A DNA stretch of 26,543 bases from Spirochaetia bacterium (GTDB taxonomy: Bacteria > Spirochaetota > Spirochaetia > CADAEX01): positions 1 to 26,543 of the forward strand of contig CAXXHA010000021.1 of the NCBI GenBank assembly GCA_963662265.2, given 5' to 3'. Position 1 is the stretch's first letter. The number at the start of each line of letters is the position of its first letter. Of the stretch, positions 19,647 to 26,543 are shown in pieces. The notes under the pieces were generated by a model. That model ran no database searches, had not been told where the DNA came from, and saw nothing but the letters and a program-made list of their open reading frames with translations. The translations under genes were made by a program, and so were the position numbers.

Positions 19647-19802
19647 ATGAAGAGAACATATCAACCAAGTAAAGTTAAAAGAAACAGAAAATTCGGATTC
19701 AGAGCAAGAATGAAAACTGTCGGAGGCAGATTAGTTCTTATGAGAAGAAGAAGAAAAGGCAGATCCAAACTTTCAGCTGCTGATGAGAAAAAGCCTTACT
19801 AG
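19647..19802 (+). CDS. rpmH: 50S ribosomal protein L34 (51 aa)
   Basis: Not in the ORF track: [51 protein letters not shown], with an AAGGAG RBS. Confidence 0.97.
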   Translation: MKRTYQPSKVKRNRKFGFRARMKTVGGRLVLMRRRRKGRSKLSAADEKKPY

Positions 19803-20142
19803 AAAAGAACGGCTGAAAAAAGGGTCGGAAATAGCAGGGGTGTTTAAATCCCCGAACAGTGTAAAAAATTCCTGCATTAAAATTTTTTACTGCAGGAATA
19901 AGCTGGAATGGAACAGGATTGCTGTTACCTTTAAAAGGGGTTACGGCAATTCGGTAGAGAGAAACAGAACTAAGCGTTTAGTAAAAGAAATATACAGAAA
20001 TTATAAAGATAATATATCCTGCGGGCATGATTTTATTTTTCTTGTCTTTAAAAAGGATATTAGTTACAGGGAAATTGAAAAAAGTTTTTTTTCTCTCTTT
20101 AAAAACGCAGGTCTTATTAATGATTCTGAAGAAACTGCTTGA
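19783..20142 (+). CDS. rnpA: Ribonuclease P protein component
   Basis: ERLKK N-terminus and RNR motif [11 protein letters not shown]; overlaps the rpmH end. Confidence 0.93.
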   Translation: MRKSLTRKERLKKGSEIAGVFKSPNSVKNSCIKIFYCRNKLEWNRIAVTFKRGYGNSVERNRTKRLVKEIYRNYKDNISCGHDFIFLVFKKDISYREIEKSFFSLFKNAGLINDSEETA

Positions 20143-20347
20143 ATATATATTAATTTCTTTTATTTTTTTATACAGAAAACTTATATCTCCATTATTCCCT
20201 CCAGCGTGCCGGTTTTATCCAACCTGTTCGGCATATTCACTCGAAGCAATAAAAAAATACGGCCCTTTCAAGGGATTGTATCTTTCAATAAGAAGAATTC
20301 TTAGATGCCATCCTTTCAACAAGGGAGGATATGATCCTGTTCCGTGA
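20120..20347 (+). CDS. yidD: Membrane protein insertion efficiency factor YidD (75 aa)
   Basis: ISP...[10 protein letters not shown]...[17 protein letters not shown]. Start trimmed to the ATG at 20120. Confidence 0.93.
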   Translation: MILKKLLEYILISFIFLYRKLISPLFPPACRFYPTCSAYSLEAIKKYGPFKGLYLSIRRILRCHPFNKGGYDPVP

Positions 20348-20438
20348 AATAGTTTATGGAATAACGGTAAAATATTTTTACCATTATTGACAGAGTATTT
20401 CTGAAAGAAGGTGCTCTAAAGCTTAATTAGGAGAAACC

Positions 20439-22175
20439 ATGGAAAAAAATACAATTTTAGCGATAATACTTTCTGTAGTTATAATAACTGCAGGATTTTA
20501 TATACAGAACACGTTTTTCGCACCACCTGTACCTGAAATTACAGAAACAGAAGAACCGGCACCGGAAAAAACAGAGACAGCAGTAAAAGAAGAAGTCAAG
20601 GCTGTCGATGTTTCAATGCTTGAAAACATGTCATCCGATGCTCCGGATCCTGATTTTTACAAGGAACTGAAACTTGAAACAGATGTTTTTTCCATTCTTT
20701 TTTCAAACAGGGGCGGTACTGTAAAGTCTATAAGACTTAAAGAGCATCTTGAAGATGACGAGCCACTTGAGATGATAAATAAAAATGATGAAAACCTGAC
20801 TGCTTTCAACCTTCATCTCGGCGATTATGAGTCAAAACCGCTCAATATCTACTTTGATATGAAGAAATACAAGCAGAACGGAAACTACATAGTTGAATTT
20901 TCAAAAGATCTTGATCTTCCCGATTCTTCCGGAAATATCACACCCCTTACTATCAAGAAGAAATATATATTCAAGCAGGATGAATATCTTTTTGAACTTC
21001 AGGTTCAGATGGTAAACAGGGATAACAACCTTATAAAACTAAACAACAATAATTTTGCATATACACTGAGCTTCGGACCCCAGATAGGACCTGGATTTGA
21101 GAAGCTTGACGGCAGAAAAGAGTTCAGAAAATATATAACTGTAGCAAACAGGAAAAAAAGCAAGGCTAAAATGCCCAAACACAAGGGAATTTATGAGATT
21201 GATTCAAGAATCAACTGGGCAGCAATTTCAGGCAAGTACTTTGCTGTAATAGGTATACCTGATGCAACTCTATACAAGACAGTATTTTCCAATATGCCTG
21301 CAGATGGTTTTGAAGAAGGGGCACAGATGTTCTTCTCAAGACCCGAAATTAAGAGTTCAAACAGCCTTGATACATTCAAGTTTTATGTGGGACCTAAAAG
21401 CGGTTCAATACTAAAGTCATATAATGAAGCAAACAGAAACAGCTGGAGCATAGGAAATCTTGATCTTGATATGGTTCTTGATTCAGGCGCAATGCTTGGG
21501 TGGCTGCAGAAAATACTCAAAGTTTTTCTTAACTTTTTCTACGGTCTCATACCTAACTACGGGGTTGCAATCATACTACTTACTCTTCTTATCAAGATCA
21601 TACTCTTTCCTCTTACTCACAAGAGTTATGAATCAACAAGCAAGATGTCTGGTCTTACCCCCAAGATGAATGAAATAAAGGAAAAATATAAAAATAATCC
21701 ACAGAAGATGAATGCAGAAGTTGCAGCACTCTACAAGAAGGAGGGAGTTAACCCTCTCGGCGGATGTCTTCCAATGCTTCTCCAGATGCCTATATTTATC
21801 GCGCTTTACGGGCTTCTGAACAGCCATTTCGAGCTCAGGGGAGCTGAATTTATTGTTCCGTGGATTACTGACCTTTCATCACCGGATACTATTTTCAACT
21901 TTGCTCCTGTATCAATACCTGTAATAGGCAGCGATATAAGGCTTCTTCCAATCCTGATGATTGGTACACAGATATTCTCAAGTAAGATAATGCAGACACC
22001 TGAAACAGCAAACAATGCCCAGATGAAAATGATGACATACATGATGCCGGCAATGTTCCTTTTTATACTCTACGATGCACCTTCAGGGCTGCTTCTTTAC
22101 TGGACAATGACAAACGTTCTTACAACAGCACAGCAGCTGTTTATTAACAGCAGAAGAAAGAAAAAATCAGCATGA
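20439..22175 (+). CDS. yidC: Membrane protein insertase YidC (diderm type, large periplasmic domain)
   Basis: N-terminal anchor, NYGVAIILLT, NPLGGCLPMLLQMP, WITDLS and PSGLLLYW. Confidence 0.96.
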   Translation: MEKNTILAIILSVVIITAGFYIQNTFFAPPVPEITETEEPAPEKTETAVKEEVKAVDVSMLENMSSDAPDPDFYKELKLETDVFSILFSNRGGTVKSIRLKEHLEDDEPLEMINKNDENLTAFNLHLGDYESKPLNIYFDMKKYKQNGNYIVEFSKDLDLPDSSGNITPLTIKKKYIFKQDEYLFELQVQMVNRDNNLIKLNNNNFAYTLSFGPQIGPGFEKLDGRKEFRKYITVANRKKSKAKMPKHKGIYEIDSRINWAAISGKYFAVIGIPDATLYKTVFSNMPADGFEEGAQMFFSRPEIKSSNSLDTFKFYVGPKSGSILKSYNEANRNSWSIGNLDLDMVLDSGAMLGWLQKILKVFLNFFYGLIPNYGVAIILLTLLIKIILFPLTHKSYESTSKMSGLTPKMNEIKEKYKNNPQKMNAEVAALYKKEGVNPLGGCLPMLLQMPIFIALYGLLNSHFELRGAEFIVPWITDLSSPDTIFNFAPVSIPVIGSDIRLLPILMIGTQIFSSKIMQTPETANNAQMKMMTYMMPAMFLFILYDAPSGLLLYWTMTNVLTTAQQLFINSRRKKKSA

Positions 22176-22195
22176 TTCTTGGCAGGACAGTAAGG

Positions 22196-22386
22196 CCCTG
22201 TTAAGGATTATTTCTGCGGCTTTAATTTTTTGATTATGAAGTTTTAACTGAATATTTTTACATATAAAGCCGCAGCTGAAGTATTTCTGCTTCAGTCAGG
22301 GTAAATAATTCCATAACAGGGAACGTTTCGGGAAAAAGTATTATTTTTCCGAACCTTCAGTCCGGAAGGATCTCATGCAAGGAGAT
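22196..22386 (+). other. Candidate structured cis-regulatory RNA in the yidC-jag spacer
   Basis: Six helices found by eye, including a three-way junction and a hairpin covering the jag SD. Not recognised as a known family. Confidence 0.45.
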
Positions 22387-22390
22387 ATAT

Positions 22391-23062
22391 ATGGTAATGG
22401 AATTTGAAGGAAGGACCGAAAAGGAAGCTATTGACAGAGCTATATCCGAACTCGGCCTGGACAGGGATGAATTTGATGTAGAAATCCTTGAAGCATCTAA
22501 AAAAGGTCTATTTTTTAAAAAAGGCAGCGTAAAGATAAAAGTTCATCTGAACACAAACAACTTTAATGTAAAAGAAAGTTCTTCACTTGATCCGGAAAAC
22601 GATTTTGAGAAAGATGTAATCAAATATCTTAACGAGTTTATTGTAAAAATGGGATTTCCAGGAAAGGTTACAATTAACTTCAGAGAGGAAAAGAAACTCG
22701 GATTAAGCATTGAATCAGAATTTTCAAGCATCATAATAGGCAAGAAAGGTAAGAACCTTGATGCTATACAGCTTCTTGTTAATGTTTTTGCAGGAAGATA
22801 TCCTGAATCTCCAAGAGTTATAATCGACTCAGAAGGTTACAGGGTAAGAAGAGAGGAAAGCCTTGTAAGGCTTGCTATAAGAACTGCTGAGCAGGTAAGA
22901 AAAACCAAGCGGTCAAGACTCCTCGAACCGATGAATCCTTTTGAAAGAAGAGTTGTTCACACAACACTCAACGGCATGGATGATATTGCAACAAAGAGCG
23001 ACGGCGAAGGTCTTTTCAAGCAGGTGAGGATTCTCTACAGGGGAAGCAATCATAGGGATTAA
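22391..23062 (+). CDS. jag: RNA-binding protein Jag/EloR/KhpB
   Basis: Jag_N domain, KH GxxG loop (IIGKKGKNLDAIQ) and R3H (RRVVH); follows yidC. Confidence 0.94.
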   Translation: MVMEFEGRTEKEAIDRAISELGLDRDEFDVEILEASKKGLFFKKGSVKIKVHLNTNNFNVKESSSLDPENDFEKDVIKYLNEFIVKMGFPGKVTINFREEKKLGLSIESEFSSIIIGKKGKNLDAIQLLVNVFAGRYPESPRVIIDSEGYRVRREESLVRLAIRTAEQVRKTKRSRLLEPMNPFERRVVHTTLNGMDDIATKSDGEGLFKQVRILYRGSNHRD

Positions 23063-23258
23063 GATTACTTGTAGATATCACTCATAGGTACGAAAGCTTT
23101 ACTAGTAGTTTATTTATTTGTATAAATTATTTTAGTGAAGTATAAAACTTGTAGAACAACAGTTTTATGTTGTTTTTTATAGTTTTTCATATTATGAAGA
23201 CATAATTTATCTTAAAAGATTTTGAATGATAAATATCAATCAGTTTATAAGCTGACAG

Positions 23259-23287
23259 ACCCGGGTAATTGAAGCCCGGGTTTTTTT
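23259..23287 (+). terminator. Intrinsic terminator of the rpmH-jag operon
   Basis: ACCCGGGT-AATTGAA-GCCCGGG followed by T7. Confidence 0.85.
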
Positions 23288-23558
23288 GTGCCCTCCTGAA
23301 CAAATGGTGTTTTGATTCACACTTATAGTTTTCAATAGATGCCTTCATGAAATTTAGATACACGGTACAATATTATCTGCGACTATAAATATAGAATATC
23401 TTCTGATCTTTCAACGGAAATAATATTTAACAAATGTATAAATAAAATCAGGTTTTGTAATTTAATTGATATTTTGTAATTAAAGAAAATTTGAAAAATA
23501 TATATCAATGTTTTATCTTATTTTTATTAATAAATCTAAGATAAAAAAGTTGTAAATT

Positions 23559-23957
23559 ATGGATAAGAAAGAATTAAAAGTATTATTGGAAAAAGGCGAA
23601 AATACTCAGGTAAAGATCAAGTGTAACTTCTATCCTGAGACGATAAAGACACTATCTGCTTTTGCAAATTCATCCGGCGGTATTGTTATTATTGACAGGG
23701 GAAAATGTCTTAAAAGTACGAACCTCTCAATTATAACTGATCAATGGCGCCTTGAAATTGATAATAAAACAAAACCTCCAATGACAATTGAAATATATTC
23801 AGAAAAAATAGGTGATAATGCCTATATAATTTTCTATGTTGATGGGCTGGAGCATATTCCTATTGCATTTGATGGAAATTATTACTTCAGGAAAGATGAT
23901 AAAAATAAGAAAATGAATCTGAATGATCTGATTAATTATTATCAGAAATGGTATTGA
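23559..23957 (+). CDS. Stand-alone, divergent Schlafen/AlbA_2-domain protein
   Basis: LLEKGENTQVKIK...KTLSAFANSSGGIVII...P...YYFR...M matches the AlbA_2 pattern GE-x3-hEFK / AFAN-xx-GG / YxR, with substitutions. Confidence 0.7.
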   Translation: MDKKELKVLLEKGENTQVKIKCNFYPETIKTLSAFANSSGGIVIIDRGKCLKSTNLSIITDQWRLEIDNKTKPPMTIEIYSEKIGDNAYIIFYVDGLEHIPIAFDGNYYFRKDDKNKKMNLNDLINYYQKWY

Positions 23958-24108
23958 ATTATTTTTGTTAATTTTTATAAGCTTTTGATATAAAGCTTCA
24001 GCAGTTTTTGGAAAATAATATTGATGATATGATTTTATAAAACAGATCATCAATAATGAATTCAATATATTTATTGTGTTTTTTAATTTATATTATTAAA
24101 ATACTTTT

Positions 24109-24432
24109 ATGGAAAAAGATTTATATCCGGAATATGAGAAAAAATATGAAAAAATAGTGAAAAACAAAATAAGTGAACTTTTTGAAGGTTCCGGCGCCAG
24201 GATATATATTTTCGGATCAAGAATAAAAGGCAGAACAAGAAGAGGTTCAGATCTTGATATCGGAGTGGAAAATATTGACTACGATGATTTTTTAAGTATA
24301 AAGAGAAAATTTTTTCTTTTTCTTGAAGAAAGTATTGTACCTTTTAAAGTAGATCTTGTTTTATTTGATACTGCGAATAAAGATTTTGTTAAATCTGTAA
24401 AAAAGGAAGCTGTGCTTTGGATAACAGAATAG
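24109..24432 (+). CDS. Minimal nucleotidyltransferase (MNT) antitoxin
   Basis: IYIFGS-RIKGRTRRGS-DLD is an exact GSX10DXD motif; also KVDLV; 107 aa. Confidence 0.88.
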   Translation: MEKDLYPEYEKKYEKIVKNKISELFEGSGARIYIFGSRIKGRTRRGSDLDIGVENIDYDDFLSIKRKFFLFLEESIVPFKVDLVLFDTANKDFVKSVKKEAVLWITE

Positions 24433-24827
24433 AAAATAAGATAAATATATACAAAGATGCTGTTTTAAATTTTAAGGAATCACTTGAAATAGATTTAACA
24501 GAATATTCCGATATTGTAACAGATAGTATAAAAAGCGGACGTGTACAGAAATATGAATTCTGTGTGGAGCTTTTATGGAAAATTATAAAGCTGTATATTT
24601 ATGAAATAAATGGAATAGATGCAAAAAGTCCTAAAAGTGCAATAAAAGAGTTTTACAATACCGGTTATATTTCTTCTGATGAATATGAAAAAATAATACA
24701 GATGATTGATGACAGAAATGAGCTAAGTCATATATATAAAAAAGATGAATTTGATAGAATATATAACAGAATTATTACTACATTGCCTTTATTTCTTAAA
24801 ATAGATAAGCTTCTTTCTTCAAAATAA
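24417..24827 (+). CDS. HEPN RNase toxin (HI0074-like nucleotidyltransferase substrate-binding family)
   Basis: QKYEFCVELLWK, SPKSAIKE and RNELSHIY (RX4HXY). TTG start overlaps the MNT gene by 16 nt. Confidence 0.88.
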   Translation: MDNRIENKINIYKDAVLNFKESLEIDLTEYSDIVTDSIKSGRVQKYEFCVELLWKIIKLYIYEINGIDAKSPKSAIKEFYNTGYISSDEYEKIIQMIDDRNELSHIYKKDEFDRIYNRIITTLPLFLKIDKLLSSK

Positions 24828-24914
24828 ATGTTATTTCGATTTTAGCATAAATATCAGTTTGATATTCAAATAATTTGCTGTCTTTTAAGATATAAAAACT
24901 TTTGATATGAAAAA

Positions 24915-25991
24915 TCAGTAAGTTGATTTCTTTCTTTTCTGGTTCTTATAATGAAGAACTGTAAAAAGACTAATAAAAACAGACCAGAAAATTACCAGGA
25001 GAATAAAACCTCCGTCTGCTGAAAGAGTTGTGTAAAAGAGACCTGTGATACCTGCAAGCACAGAATAAAAATAAATAGTAAAAAGTATTTTCCTGTTTGT
25101 GAGACCGAAGTCCATTAATTTATGATGAATATGTTCCCTGTCAGGTGAAAATATAGGGACACCCCTTCTTTTTCTTCTGAGCATTGCTGCTATCATATCA
25201 AGAATAGGAATTATTAAAAGGATCAGGGGAAGAAATAGCACTGTTGATGAAACAGGGGGCCTGTTGTTTACAAGCGGAATAACTGCAAGGCTGAATCCTA
25301 GCAGAAGGCTGCCTGAATCACCCATAAATATCTTTGCCGGGGGAAAGTTGAATACAAGAAAACCCAGTATTCCGCCGAGGAGGGCAAAAGAAAGAGCAGC
25401 AGCAGTGTAGTTGCCTGTAATATAAAAAATTATACCGTAGAAAAAGACAGCGATTGCTGATACACCGCCTGCAAGACCGTCTATACCGTCAATCAGGTTT
25501 ATTGCATTGCAGAGGCTTATTATCCAGAAAACTGTAAGAATATGGGAAAAAATATTAAGCGGGATATTAAAGGCGACAAAAGGAATATAGAAAAATTGAA
25601 AGTTGAATCCGCCAGCAGAAACTATCAAAGCAGCACTTATCTGTATGAGGAATTTCATCCAGGCTCTTATGGAAATAAAGTCATCAATAACTCCCAGGAC
25701 GGTAATTATAAAAAAACCTGCAAAAAGAGAAGTATGTCTGTATTTTGAAACCTCATTAAGGTTTATCTCTGTATATTTGCAGATTATGAGAAAAATAAGC
25801 AGGGCAAGCCCGAAAGAAACAAAAATTCCCAGGCCTCCGATTCTCGGTATATCGCCTTTATGAATTTTACGGTGATCATTTGTATCATACCACCCATATT
25901 TATGGGAAAGCTTTATGAGTATTGGTGTAAAAATAGTATTCACCAGTAGAGCAAATACTGTTATTATGATAAAAACTGTTATATTGTCCAT
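24915..25991 (-). CDS. wecA: Undecaprenyl-phosphate GlcNAc-1-phosphate transferase (WecA/TagO, MraY superfamily)
   Basis: RKIH...PRIGG, GVIDD, NAINLIDGIDGL, NFPPAKIFMGDSGS and HIHH; polytopic membrane protein. Confidence 0.88.
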   Translation of the reverse strand: MDNITVFIIITVFALLVNTIFTPILIKLSHKYGWYDTNDHRKIHKGDIPRIGGLGIFVSFGLALLIFLIICKYTEINLNEVSKYRHTSLFAGFFIITVLGVIDDFISIRAWMKFLIQISAALIVSAGGFNFQFFYIPFVAFNIPLNIFSHILTVFWIISLCNAINLIDGIDGLAGGVSAIAVFFYGIIFYITGNYTAAALSFALLGGILGFLVFNFPPAKIFMGDSGSLLLGFSLAVIPLVNNRPPVSSTVLFLPLILLIIPILDMIAAMLRRKRRGVPIFSPDREHIHHKLMDFGLTNRKILFTIYFYSVLAGITGLFYTTLSADGGFILLVIFWSVFISLFTVLHYKNQKRKKSTY

Positions 25992-26079
25992 AAGAGGTAA
26001 TTAATTTACCATTTAATAGAAAAAAATAAAACACTTATCTGTAATTATTTGCGGAAATAAAATAGACATGACGGCATAA

Positions 26080-26543
<464 letters not shown>

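Noticed and set aside
23290-24914. IS, integron cassette or prophage explaining the TA island
   Set aside because: No transposase or integrase, terminal repeats, target duplication or convincing attC site seen.
14995-25863. Antisense or alternative-frame ORFs within dnaA, dnaN, yidC, jag, the AlbA_2 gene and wecA
   Set aside because: No independent coding evidence.

Overview
AT-rich chromosomal replication-origin region of a bacterium, very probably a spirochaete. Evidence: gyrBA divergent from dnaA-dnaN-recF-dciA-rpmH-rnpA-yidD-yidC-jag, the GyrB PLWGK and GyrA HPHGDQ variants, and L34 with a C-terminal extension. The left arm (mostly minus strand) carries asnA (partial), a YD-repeat-like lipoprotein, rbgA, an EamA transporter, glnS, parB-parA, nfu, add, three perfect parS sites, gyrA and gyrB. 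DnaA boxes flank dnaA on both sides, and a 40-bp pure-AT unwinding element lies before dnaN. dnaN is split by a +1 frameshift, most likely a one-base sequence error. After jag come a small accessory island (stand-alone Schlafen/AlbA_2 gene plus an MNT-HEPN toxin-antitoxin pair), wecA/tagO and the start of ahcY. Most notable observations: a parS site that doubles as the gyrBA intrinsic terminator, a ~190-nt multi-helix RNA structure in front of the RNA-binding-protein gene jag, intergenic spacers tiled with hairpins, and the Schlafen/MNT/HEPN island. All assignments come from motif recognition by eye; no searches or folding calculations were run.
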